Source: the human T2T-CHM13v2.0 reference genome, Homo sapiens
DNA: 64,000 bases
Direction: 5' to 3' (one strand)
Assembly: GCF_009914755.1 (NCBI RefSeq)
Contig: NC_060942.1
Notes under the pieces: generated by a model
Database searches by the model: none
The model's input: only the letters and a program-made list of their open reading frames with translations
Told to the model about the DNA's origin: nothing
Shown: positions 30,306 through 44,589 of the stretch, piece by piece
Position numbering within the stretch: the stretch's first letter is position 1
Layout: each line of letters begins with the position of its first letter
Program-made: the position numbers and the translations under genes

Positions 30306-31151
30306 GTTTCTTACATTTGATATGTTAATTTATATAATTAATTTTTGTTATATGGTTTGAGATGAGAATTAATTTACCTTTTTTTTTTTGTCAAATCACA
30401 TTGGTAAGTGGAAACCATACATAGTGGGAGGGATTGCCCCTCAAAAATCAGTAAACATTACTAATCTGAGCTTTTCTTTGCACCCCAAAGAGATTGTTAA
30501 ACCTTGAGGTGCAAACTACTCTTTCAGACTCTACATTTTAAATTGCTTTTGAGTTTTATTAACAATACCCACTACTGTAAACTTCACATTCTTGAGTTTT
30601 TGACTTTCAGTTATAGTACAAATTCATGATTCATATATACAATGTACATGCTATATATTCAAATAATTCAAGAAGGATATTTGAGAAATATATTTCCTGA
30701 GCCCTTGTGCTATATATGAATGACTACTAAGCTGGATAAAGAATTGTGCCTTTCAAATCCCTGTACTTACCTGTGACACTTCTCCTGAAACAATGCTGTG
30801 AAGAAGTCTGAAGCCACCTTGATTCTTACTCCATTGTAGGTAACCTGTGTTTTTTTTACTGCATCCTTGTAGAATTTTTCTCTTTATTCTTAAAGGTAAA
30901 AATGGTGTCAGAAACAGTCTAAATGTGGGTCTTTCCCATTAATTTTACCCGGAATGTGGTAGGTGCTTGTCACCTGTGAACCAGCTCCTGTTTCAGCTTC
31001 GGAAAGTTGTAGTTAGAACATTTTTTTCTTATTGGATCTCGTGTTTTATTCCTTCTTGATTATTCTTAGAAAACCTATACTCTCTAGGTAGATCTCCTTT
31101 TCTTCCCCTCCATGTTATTTTTCATCATGTTCATCTCTGTTGTTCTCTCTA

Positions 31152-31453
<302 letters not shown>

Positions 31454-32700
31454 TAAAAATAAATTTGATTTGATTTTTTTTACTGAGGTGAAATTCACAT
31501 AACGAACAATTTTAAAGTGAACAATTTAGTGGCTTTTAGTGCACTCACAATGTTGTGCAACCACCACTTTTATCTAGTTCCATAACATTTTCCTCATTCC
31601 AGAAGAAAGCCCTGTGCCTGCTAAGCCATTACTCTCCATCTCTCCCTCTCCCCCAGGGCCTGGCAACCATCAGGTGCTTTCTGCCTCTGTGGATTTACAT
31701 GCTCTGGATGTCTCATGCAAATGGCATTATACAACATGTGACCTTTTGTGACAGGCTTTTTTCACGTACTATAATGTTTCCAAGGTTCAACCACATTGTG
31801 GATTTAAATTAGTGCTGAGAGTTACTTGATTTTAGCCTGCAAAACTTCCTTTATTATTTCTTGTAAAGTGGGTTGGCTAGCAATGATTATTTCAGATTTT
31901 ATTTCTCTGACAATGTCTTTAGTTTACCTTCAGGTTTTCAACATTTTTATTTTTATTTATTTATTTATTTACCTTCAGTTTTGAAAGATAGTTTTGCTGG
32001 ATATGGGATTTTAGGCTGACAGTCCCCCCCCCGCCCCCACTTGCACCCTGAGCACTTTGAATATGTTTTCCATTGTCTTCTGGCTTCCATCGTTTCTGTG
32101 ATAAGTCATCCATTAATCTTATTGGGGCTCCCTTGTAAGTGTTGAGTTGCTTTCCTCATGCTGCGTTCAAGATTTTCTTCTTGTCTTTGATTTTCAGCAT
32201 TTCTACTACAAAATGTCTGTTTGTGGATCTCTTTGAGCTTGTCTAACTTGGAGTTTGCTGATCTTCCTCAATGTCTGGGTTAGTGTTTTTCAGCTAATTT
32301 AGGAGTTTTCAGCTAATACTTCTTTAAATATGATTTCTGCTTCTTTCTTTCCTCTTCTTCTGATACCCCATTATACATTTGTGGTTATGCTTAATGGTCT
32401 CCCATGTTTCTCTGAAGTGTTATTTTTAATAATTACTCATTATTAATTATTTTTTCTCTTTGTTTTTGAGAGTATATAAGCTCTATCAATCTATCTTCAA
32501 GTCTGCTAATTCTTTCTTCTTCCAGGTTAGCCTCTCCAGTGAATTTTTAATTTCAGTTATTGTGCTTTTTGACTCCAGAATTTCCATTTGGTTCCTTTTT
32601 TTTACAAAAAATTTTCTATCTCTTTATTGATATTCTCTATTTGATATAAAAATGGCATCATACTTTACTTATTTCAGCATGGGTTCTGTTAGTTTTTTGC

Positions 32701-32990
32701 TTTTTTTTTCTTTATTGAGATAGAGTCTCTCTCTGTCTTCCAGATGGAGTGCGGTGTTATGATCATAGCTCATTGCAGCCTTGAACTCCTGTGATACTCA
32801 AGTGATACTCCCACCTCAGATTCCAGATTAGCTGGGACTATAGGTGTGCACCACTGTGCCCAGCTGATATTTTCATTTTTGTAGGGACAGGATCACACTA
32901 TGTTGTCCAGGATGATCTTCAATTCCTGACCTCCTCCCACCTCAGCCACCCAACATGTTGAGATTACAAGTGTGAGCCATTGTGCCAGGC
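32701..32990 (-). mobile_element. AluJ (diverged)
   Basis: Reverse Alu with gatcatagctcattgcagcc. Confidence 0.88.
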
Positions 32991-33396
32991 TTCTTTTAGT
33001 TTTTTAAAAGACAATTTCTGTTGCCTGCTTTTTTTTTGGTCTCTGAGCCATGCTTTCCTTTTCCTTGCATGCTTTCCTTTTCCTTGCATGCTTCCTAACT
33101 TTTTGTTAAAATTGGATGTTTTAGAGTTTTGTTAAAATTGTACATTTTAGATAAAATACTGCAGCAACTCTGGATACTGGTCATCTCTCTCTGGGGCTTG
33201 TTGTTGTTATTTGCTGGTTTTTTTTTTTAGTGAGTAGCTGGATTACTTCATTACTTCAGTGATGTCAATTTCTCCAAAAAGTGTCAAACCTCTCACATTG
33301 CTTCTCAGGAGGCACAGGTTTGGGTGTACTTGGACACTCTTCTTCATCTTTTATGTCCTGCCCTCAAGTCTGTTCTTTACTTAGCATCCAGAGTAA

Positions 33397-34204
<808 letters not shown>

Positions 34205-34344
34205 CCAAGCATGCACATATCCTATAACCCAGCAGTTCCACTTTGGGCTGTCTGCCTTAGAGAGACTGCCGTATTTACACAAGAAGATGTGCACAAGGAT
34301 GTTTACTACAGCACTCTGTATAATGGTGAAATATTGGAAATAAC

Positions 34345-34610
34345 TTCTTTTACAGCACAGTACGTGATTAAAAAAGCAATTCTGAAGCCAAACTTTTTTG
34401 ATTCAAATTCCAGCTCAGCCATTTACCAGCTGTGTGACCTGAAGCAAGGTATTTAACTTCTCTGTAGCTGGTTTTCTCATCTCTAAAAGGGTTATCATAA
34501 TAGATCATATATCACAGGCTCATTTTGTGGACTTTACTTAATGCAGATAAAGTGCTTAGATAGTACCTGGCATACTGCAAATGCTATATGAGTGTTTGAT
34601 GTTGCTGTTA
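34345..34610 (+). mobile_element. MIR
   Basis: ttcaaattccagctcagccatttaccagctgtgtgacctgaagcaag. Confidence 0.82.
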
Positions 34611-34711
34611 TTACAGTAGGAGAATGTCTAAAAAGTGAGATTGGTTCATTTAATGCCACTCTCTTCAACAGCTAAAATAAGTCATCCCTCATATGAGATA
34701 TATATATAGAG

Positions 34712-35009
<298 letters not shown>

Positions 35010-35699
35010 TCAAATATATTATATTGAGTGAATAAAGCAAGATGCGAAAGATACACACTGTATAATATCATTTAAGTAATTTTGAGGACACAAAACAATC
35101 ATGTAGATTGTTTATAGATGTAATAATATGTAATAAAAGCACAAAATGGGTATAATGCACACAAATTTCACAGTAATGTTGACCTGGGAGGAAAGGGAGA
35201 GAAAGAAGGACTTAAGCTACAGCTGTACTTTTCCTTATTAGTTCCCTCATTCCTTTTTTTTAAACAAAAAGATGTGAAGCAAATAAAGTGAAATATCAGT
35301 TTCTGATTTATCTTGCTGAGGATATAGATGTCATAGTATTCTTTTACTTGCACGTTTGAACTGCTTCATAATTGAACATTAAAAATTCAAGAAGAAGCTT
35401 AAACTTGGAAGTTTTTTGTGTTGGTCTTTGCTGTCCAGCATACTGGTGGCTGCACTGTGCAGTGATCAGGGCTCTGTCACCTTTCAACTGATGCCAGGTG
35501 GGTGGAGCTCCTTTCCCCAAGGCCACTCATCAGTGCCCAAGGAGACTGCGCCTCCCTCCTGCCGGGCATGGGTGGTGACGCGCAATGCTCTGCCAGTGGT
35601 GAGGCTGGTGCTCTGCGGCAGCCTCCTGACCAGTCTGGCTGCTTCCACACCATCCCCCTCCTCCCAAAATGATGCTTTTAGAAAGGACGTTGAGTGTTC

Positions 35700-36210
35700 A
35701 CACGCCCAGTGACTTCCCATCTCCTTTGGAATCCAGTCTCAAGTTCTCATCATCATCTTCAAACCCTGCAGGACCCGGGGCCCATCAGCCTCTCCTTGCT
35801 CATTTCCTACTTTCCTCTGGATCACTGCGTGCCTGGCACCAGCGAGCCTCCTCCCTGCTACTTGAGCAAGCCCAGCGTGCACCTGTCTCGTGGCCTTTGA
35901 TGGCCAGAATTCTTGTCCCCATATCTTGGAAGTTCTCCTCCTCCCCATGCAAGTCTCTGCTTCCAATTCACCTCCTCCAAGATGCCTCCCTGACTTCCTA
36001 CCTACAGTAGATGGCCCTGCACTCTCTGTCCCAGCGTCTACTTTCATTTCTTCCAGGGATACCAGCACTTTTAATATTACCTGTCTGCCTTACTGGGATG
36101 CAGGCTCCATGAGATCAGAGACTCTGCCTGTTTGGTTCACCATCAAATCCCCTGAAAGAGTACCTGGTACAAAGTTGCACTCGATACATATTTGCTGAAG
36201 AGCTGATTGA
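35700..36210 (+). mobile_element. L2 3' region
   Basis: Ends ...gtttggttcacc...cctggtacaaagttgcactcgatacatatttgctgaa. Confidence 0.75.
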
Positions 36211-36497
36211 GAGCAGGGCAGAAGGCCCCACGGTCAGGTGCTTTGTCTTCCCACCTTAGCACTGCTTCATTTGGTGCCCTGATCTAGAGCCTCTGGGAAG
36301 CTGCATCTCTGGAAGATGACCCTTGGTCTCCAGAGAGAGAGAGAGAACGTGGTGGGGGGGAGCTCTCTTGGCTGCTCACGGGGAAGGGGCCCAGTGGCCA
36401 CATCACTCTCTGAGTAGCTCCTGCCCCATCTCACATCTCCTCATTCCAGCTGCCTCTCAGGGGTTTGCAGGGAGGGTCAACTCACACCATGATCTAA

Positions 36498-36854
<357 letters not shown>

Positions 36855-37344
36855 TAAGTCAACTGCGTGCTCTTTCCACTCTCCAAAAATCGTCTGGAAT
36901 CTTATGTCTGCCGTTGGTCTCTTCTCCCTTCGACAAGTGGGTTTGTATCTTTTCAATTATTATTTTAGCAGTTTTTTTGAAGGGAGAGCAACAAACACAC
37001 ACAGCTCATCTAGTAGGCTTAACTGGGAGTTCTTGATCCACAAACTATCTTTTTAAAGAATATGTATTTTTAAGCTTGTGACAGGTTAAATGTGATAATT
37101 GAAGCAACAAATATGGCATTATAAATGATGAGTTCAACATCATAATAAAATAACTATTACTAACATTGACATTCGAGACGGCCAGGATGGCAGTCTGTTC
37201 AGTCCTGTATCTGCAATGCTTGGGCAAACCTCTTTGACATGGGACCACTCTTAATTTCTGGTTGTGTCTGCTAATAGGATACTGGCTTAGTCTCCCATCA
37301 GTCCATTTTATGAGATGAGTTGATAAGAAATTAGTAGTTTTATT

Positions 37345-38220
37345 TTAATGAATATATTTTATTTTGAGACAAATTGAACAGAATGTGCAGAGGATTCTCA
37401 TGTCCCCTCACCAAGTCCCTATGTCCTGCACTGTAAACCTCTTGCATTACTGTGATATGCTGATGTTGCAACTGATGAGCCAAGAGTGATACTTTATTGC
37501 CAACTAAGGACCAGGGGCGAGCCTGGGTGGTGGCAATCCCAGCACTTTTGAAGGTTGAGGCAGGAGGATGGCTTGAGGCCAGGAGTTTGAGACTATCCTG
37601 GGCAACATAGTGAGATCCTGCCTCTATAGTAATTTTTTAAAAATTGGCCAGATGTGGTCGTGTGCACCAATAGTTTCAGCTACTCGGGAGGCTGAGGCAG
37701 AGGATCACTTGAGCCCAGGAGTTGGAGGTTCAGTCTTGGTGTTGTACATTCTACGGGTTTGGATGATTGTATAATACTGTGTATCCACCATTATAGTATC
37801 AGACAGAGTAGTTTCACTGTCTGAAGAATCCTCTATGTTCTATCTATTCATCCCTCCCCAACATCCAACCCTTGGCAACCCCTGATCTTTTTATTGTCTC
37901 CGTAGTTTTGCCTTTTCCAGGGTGTCATAGAGTTGGACTCATACAGGGTGTAGCCTTTTCAGATTGTCTTCCTTAACTTAAATAATGTGCATTTAAATTT
38001 CCTCCATATCTTTTCATGGCTTGATAGCTCATTTCTTTTTAGTGCTGAATCATATTCCAATATTGGGATGCACCACAGTTTATTTATCCATTCACCTACT
38101 GAAGACATCTGGGTTGCTTCCAAGTTTCTGCAATTATGAAAAAAGCTGCTATAAGCATCCACATGCTCCGGGCAAACGCCATGGAGCATGAGTGCTGGGT
38201 CACATGGTAAGAGCAATTGT
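37345..38220 (-). mobile_element. L1MC 3' fragment containing a 3'-truncated + strand AluJ (37508-37730)
   Basis: L1MC text (cttggtgttgtacattcta, atccaccattatagtatc) resumes right after Alu ...ggaggtt. Confidence 0.82.
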
Positions 38221-39989
38221 TCATGAGGGTTCACTTAGCTAATATTTTCTACACTTATGCTTCCCCTAGTGTTTGGATCGCTTCATCTCTACATTGCCAA
38301 TGTCTTAAAAAATACATTTTGTCTTAAAATGAACAAAGGACATGAACACTGATTTTTTCGCTTACTCTAGTGATATCTTTGTTTCTGCATATCATTTGAG
38401 ATTGTTCCCTTGGGTTTAGCTGAGACTGACTCCTTTCTCGTAGGGTTACTGGGACCTCTTCAAGGCTTCATGTGCTCCACTGGACTGTGATGGGCACTTT
38501 ATTTTTGATATGCAAAACATCACTTTGGCTAGTGGGGGTTCTTTGTTTTATTTAGCAAGATCTCACATATTTTGAAAAACATTCTCTGGCAACCACAAGA
38601 TGTGCTGCGCCCATCTTGATTTTCGCCGTTTTCACCATGGAAGCAGCGACTTTCCAAGGATTTCTGGCCACTGTTTGTGGAGAGGAGCATTAGAGGCTGA
38701 AATCCAGGGCTCTCTCTCTGAAGGCCTTGGGCTTCCCTCTGAGTCCAGGCTACACACATGTAATGAGGGAAGCAGGGGCTGTCCATGCTCCGGTGACAGA
38801 ATCGGAAACCCTTTTAAAGTGTGTGAACTCACACCGATGTTCTCATTCAACTCCAACTTTACTAAGCCGCTCTTTATTTTGTTCTAATACTAAAATATGT
38901 TTTAAAATTGTAAATTTTATCCATTTTGAACACAAAGATTTTTTTTTAAATAAAATTACCTCCTCCAAATAAATAAATTTAGAGATGCTTCGTGTCAGTT
39001 AAGTACCTTCGATCACCTTCTCAGAAGATGCCTTTTTCCAAGCCAACAGCCATTTCCAAGACCTTGAGACCTTCAAAGTCAATTTTTAAAGCTCAATTAA
39101 TTACAATACATTTGCACAGATCACACAGCCTGAAGCCACAGCTCATTGGCAGAGGGTATTCTCTTCTGTGAAGCAGAGGGCTTAACTCACACATACTGAG
39201 TTACTCACAGTCAGCAGTGATAATATTCAATCAGAGCGGCCATTAAGATGAAATTTTCCTGTAATTGGCCTCTCTTTTGTGGTCTATGGGAAGGATTTAA
39301 TCTCTGGGCCTGTGACGCTTTTCTTAGCCTCTCTCCTCCTCCGCCCTCCTAATTGAGGAGGACTCTCTCGGGGATTTTCTGCTGTAGGCAAGTCCCCAGT
39401 TGCTGGAAAACCCTGGCTTCATGGCATGCGGGGACTGATGTGTCGTCCATACCTGTGATGTTTTATATGTTTGTTTAATTTTTATGTAGGTCATGTGTCT
39501 ACTCATGCCTGTGAACCAATGATTTACTCTGATTTTTAATGTCTTTATACATTGACTACAACAAATCCTCAGGAAACATCTTTCTAGAAGCTCCTGGAAT
39601 TCCTGGGCAGCTGGACATCAATACCCCGGACACCTACAGGGCCTTTTTCTCCTTGCTTTTATATAATTTTCCAAATAGCATCATGCTACCCCTACTATCA
39701 AAGTGTAGTGGACATAGGACGGTTTTGAAATGGTTTGCATCAGAGAAGTCCTGCCCCCAGATTTAAAAAAAAAAACCTTTCTTTTATTAAAGGACACAGC
39801 TGTATTTCAGGGCCAGCCAGTTGCCAGAAGGCACACTGGCTTCAGCTTCTTAAAGCTTCCCTGTCCCTTGAGTAAAGCAGTCTACTGAACCCAGGAGACT
39901 GTGCAAGGTGAGGCCAAAGACACATGCAGAAGACCCAGACTTGGCCCTAATCCATTAGCCCACTTGTGTTTTTGCTTTGGTGTTGGGAT

Positions 39990-40345
39990 CTCAGGGGAAT
40001 GTGGGATTGGCCCAGACCAGTGTTCTCCCAGGACCTTTCTGCCAGCCTTCTTGGGAAAGACACACTTTTTCATTGGGGCCACTAGACAGGATGGGAGACT
40101 GGAGCACCTGGGGCCACTGCTGCCCTATGGAGAGGCCCTAGCTGAGAATCAGACTCAACTGAGGCAGCAGAGCGGGAATGGAGAGAGAGACAGACAAAGC
40201 CACAAAAACCTTCATTCGAAACGGGCTTCAGACCTGCCTAAAGCCACATCCACCCCTTGAACTTCACAGATAAAGTGAGCCAAGATACTCCCTTTCCAGT
40301 GTCGATCTGAGTTGTGTCTCACCACTTGCATTTCAAAGAATCTTG
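39990..40345 (+). mobile_element. Old MaLR LTR (MLT1J/K-like)
   Basis: cctaaagccacatccaccccttgaacttc...gagccaa...cacttgcatttcaaagaatc. Confidence 0.55.
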
Positions 40346-41384
40346 TTGAAACAGAACTTCGGGGTTTTAGATATGAAGTTGTAGGCAATTTGCGATAGGT
40401 GGCTAAAATGAACTCTTGCAATATTAGTTTGTACTGCCCCATCTGCCCTGGCAGGGAGGTGACCAACCTGGTCTAACTAGAAAAAAACCACATGTGGCAT
40501 TGTACTTACTGTTGGCCACCACCCTCCAGGGTCAACTGGAAGTGTCCAGAGGAATGACAGAGGACTCAAGAATACAGCACATGAAAAATGGTTGGAAGTA
40601 CCACGGCTGTCTGCTTGGAGAAGGAAAGCGTGGGAGAGAGCTGCTTCAACTAGTGATCTTCTGCAGAGGACGCTGGCAGCTCTGCATGCACAGGACAGCT
40701 GAACCTGGGCTGCAGGAGGCCACCTGCTGAACCCAGGTCTCAGCTCAGTGCGGGAATAAACTCCTGTAACTCAGCATGGTCCCCATTTAGTGTGGGCTGC
40801 CTGGGCAAGCATGAGCTCCGGGAGAGTTGGAAATCTGCTTGGCAAGGAGGTACTAGAGACATTTCTGAGATGGCTTCACCTTGAGGGCACGTCCCTTGAG
40901 AGTCTAAAATGTATAAGAATGTCAAGCTATTGGCTTGTGCTTTAATTGAGATTAGCTGGCAGCTAACTCAGAATAAGTTGCCTGCTTCACAATTTTGGCC
41001 TGATTGAGGGTTGGCCTTGCTTCTAAATGTTTTTATCACACCTTCAGTGGCCAAGTGAATTGAAGGGAGGCTTCTGCCCAAAAAGCTGAGATAGTACGAG
41101 CCGTGTGATTCCTACCCTTTCCTCCAGGACTTGTTTCTCCAAATCCCACTTGGCTGTTTGGGCTTTCCTCTGTCTTTCGTGGGTGAAGACTTTGTGGTCC
41201 TGGAGACATGGGCCCTGATTTGAGATTTTACCTAGAAAAGGCAGGATGAAGCTGGTAGGGACTGAGGCAGTCTGGAACACCTACTGACTTCTAAATGGAA
41301 CATTCTTTGCTGAAACTTCTTTTTTTCTGTGTTGGCTACCAGAAGTTCACATCCCATGTAAAATGTAAGCCCAGTGAAGCAGGG

Positions 41385-41468
41385 GCTTTGGTTCACAGCT
41401 GCATCCCAACACATTGCACAGGCCCGGTGCACAGTAAGACCTCCATAAGTATTTGCTGAATGAACGAG
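41385..41468 (+). mobile_element. L2 3' end
   Basis: gttcacagctgcatccc...cacagtaag...tatttgctgaatgaa. Confidence 0.75.
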
Positions 41469-41519
41469 CAGAAGGTCTTAAAGGGCCTCTGAGATCACCT
41501 GGTCTATGTCTCTCCTTTT

Positions 41520-41620
41520 CTAGGATTTCCCCACCTCCAGAACTGTAAGAAGTACATTTCTGTTGTTTATAAATTACCTAGTCTAAGGGATTTTGTCATA
41601 GCAGCAGGAATGGACTGACA
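41520..41620 (+). mobile_element. MaLR LTR 3' fragment (MLT1A/MST-like)
   Basis: ctccagaactgtaagaa...tttctgttgtttataaattacc...tagcagca. Confidence 0.75.
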
Positions 41621-41702
41621 GAATCAGCACACACACATCAGCAGCACTGATAAGAAATGTAACATATCCACACATTTACTTACGTAGGCACTTCATACTT
41701 TT

Positions 41703-42320
41703 AAAAAACTTTTATTTTTGGTTTAGTGGTACGAGTACATGTTTGGTACATAGGTAAACTTGTGTCATAGGGGTTTCTTGTACAGTTTATTTCATGATGC
41801 AGATACTAAGCCCAGCATGCATTCGTTGTTTTTCCTGATCCTCTCCCTCCTCCCAGCCTCCACTCTCCGAAAGGCCCTCATGTGTGCTGTTCCCCACTGT
41901 GTCCATATGTTCTCATCATTTAGCTTCGACTTATAAGTGAGAACATTCAGTATTTGGTTTTCTGTTTCTGTGTTAGTTTGTTAAGAATGATAGCCTCCAG
42001 CTCCATCCATATCCTGCAAAGGACATGATCTCATTTTTTACAGCTGCACAGTATTCTGTGGTGTATATGTACCACATTTTCTTTGTCCAGCCTACTATTG
42101 ATGGGTATTTAGGTTGACTCCATGTCTTTGCTATTATGAATGGTGCTGCAATGAACATACATATGTATGTGCCTTTATAATAGAATGATTTATACTCCTT
42201 TGTGTATATGTCCAGTAATGGGATTGCTGGGTTGAATGGTATTTCTGTCTTTAGGTCTTTGAGGAATCGCCACACTGTCTTCCACGATGGCTGAACTAAT
42301 GTACACTCCTACCAACAGCA
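41703..42320 (-). mobile_element. L1PA (older, ~PA13-like) 3' fragment
   Basis: Reverse L1 3'UTR and ORF2 C-term (ORF 41973-42275: EIPFNPAIPLL...FIAA). Confidence 0.9.
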
Positions 42321-42539
42321 CTTTACCCTTTTTACTTCAAGCATTTAATTTAATCATTGCCATCTAACGGACTGCCCAACAAATAATTCAAACTTTAAAC
42401 GAAACATGAGGTTCTTAAGTCTTGCAGGCTGAACTGGACAGAGCAGAGAAATTCCTGAGGCAGAATCTGTGACCCAGGCCTAAAGTCTCACTATGCGTCC
42501 CCACCTTTCCAGGTGGAATGAGGTTAAAGAATGCCAAAG

Positions 42540-44277
42540 ATCAGATGGTTGTAGATGTGTGGTATTATTACCTAGGAATCCAACTTACCAAGGGATGTGA
42601 AGGACCTCTTCAAGGAGAACTACAAACCACTGCTCAATGAAATAAAAGAGGACACAAACAAATGGAAGAACATTCCATGCTCATGGATAGGAAGAATCAA
42701 TACTGTGAAAATGGCCATAATGCCCAAGGTAATTTAGAGATTCAATGCCATCCCCATCAAGCTACCAATGACTTTCTTCACAGAATTGGAAAAAACTACT
42801 TTAAAGTTCATATGGAACCAAAAAAGAGCCCACATTGCCAAGACAATCCTAAGCCAAAAGAGCAAAGCTGGAAGCATCATGCTACCCGGCTTCAAATTAT
42901 ACTACAAGGCTATAGTAACCAAAACAGCATGGTAATGGTACCAAAACAGAGATATAGACCAATGGAACAGAATAGAGCCTTTGACAAACCTGACAAAAAC
43001 AAGAAATGGGGAAAGGATTTCCTATTTAATAAATGGTGCTAGGAAAACTGGCTAGCCATATGTAGAAGGCTGAAACTGGATCCCTTCCTTACATCTTATA
43101 CAAAAATTAATTCAAGATGGATTAAATACTTAAATGTTAGACCTAAAACCATAAAAACCCTAGAAGAAAACCTAGGCAATACCATTCAGGACATAGGCAT
43201 GGGCAAGGACTTCATAACTAAAACACCAAAAGCAATGGCAACAAAAGGCAAAATTGACAAATGGGATCTAATTAACTAAAGAGCTTCAGCACAGCAAAAG
43301 AAACTACCATCAGAGTGAACAGGCAACCTACAGAATGGGAGAAAATTTTTACAATCTACCCATCTGACAAAGGGCTAATATGTAGAATCTACAAAGAACT
43401 TAAACAAATTTACAAGAAAAAAACAAACAACCCCATCAACAAGTGGGCAAAGGATATGAACAGACACTTCTCAAAAGAAGACATTTATGCAGCCAACAGA
43501 CACATGAAAAAAATGCTCATCATCACTGGCCATCAGAGAAATGCAAATCAAAACCACAATGAGATACCATCTCACACCAGTTAGAATGGCGATCATTAAA
43601 AAGTCGGGAAACAACAGGTGCTGGAGAGGATGTGGAGAAATAGGAATGCTTTTACACTGTTGGTGGGAGTGTAAATGGTTGAACTACCATTGTGGAAGAC
43701 AGTGTGGCAATTCCTCAAGGATCTAGAACTAGAAATACCATTTGACCCAGCAATCCCATTACTGGGCATATACCCAAAGGATTATAAATCATGCTGCTAT
43801 AAAGACACATGCACATGTATATTTATAGCGGCACTATTCACAATAGCAAAGACTTGGAACAAACCCAAATGTCCATCAATGATAGACTGGATGAAGAAAA
43901 TGTGGCACATATACACCATGGAATACTATGCAGCCATAAAAAATGATGAGTTCATGTCCTTTGTAGGGACATGAATGAAACTGGAAAGCATCATTCTGAG
44001 CAAACTATCGCAAGGACAGAAAACCAAACACTGCATGTTCTCACTCATAGGTGGGAACTGAACAATGAGAACACTTGGACACAGGGTGGGGAACATCACA
44101 CACCGGGGCCTGTCGTGGGGGAGGAGGAGTGGGGAGGGATAGCATAAGGAGATATACCTAATGTAAATAATGAGTTAACTGGTGCAGCACACCAACGTGG
44201 CACATGTATACATATGTAACAAACCTGCGTTTTGTGCACATGTACCCTAGAACTTAAAGTATAATTAAAAAAAAAAA
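42540..44277 (+). mobile_element. L1PA4/5-like, 5'-truncated, with a 30-nt 5' inversion and an internal deletion
   Basis: Perfect 14-bp TSD aaagaatgccaaag (42526-42539, 44278-44291); poly(A) tail; ORF2 C-terminal fragments; 42540-42569 is antisense L1. Confidence 0.95.
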
Positions 44278-44589
44278 AAAGAATGCCAAAGGCAGCTTCC
44301 AAAGGCGTGTCAAGGAATGGAGTGGAAATGAGCTGTTTAAAGCCTCAGTGCAGCGTGAGTGTCTGCAGGCAATGAGCTTCAGGCACTCCTCAGCGGCACT
44401 TCATTCAGCCCAGGGGAGTGAGCTGAGCCCTTTCCTGTGGAGGGAGGAGGCCTGCGAGGCGTCTGGGGAGTCTAATCCAGTGGGCAGACTGCCTCTCTGC
44501 TTTTCCCCGCCTGAGAGAGCTGGCTCTGCTGCTGAGTGACCCCGCCTTACAAAGTCCTCCCACATCCAAGAGTTCCCTTTTTGCAAAAC

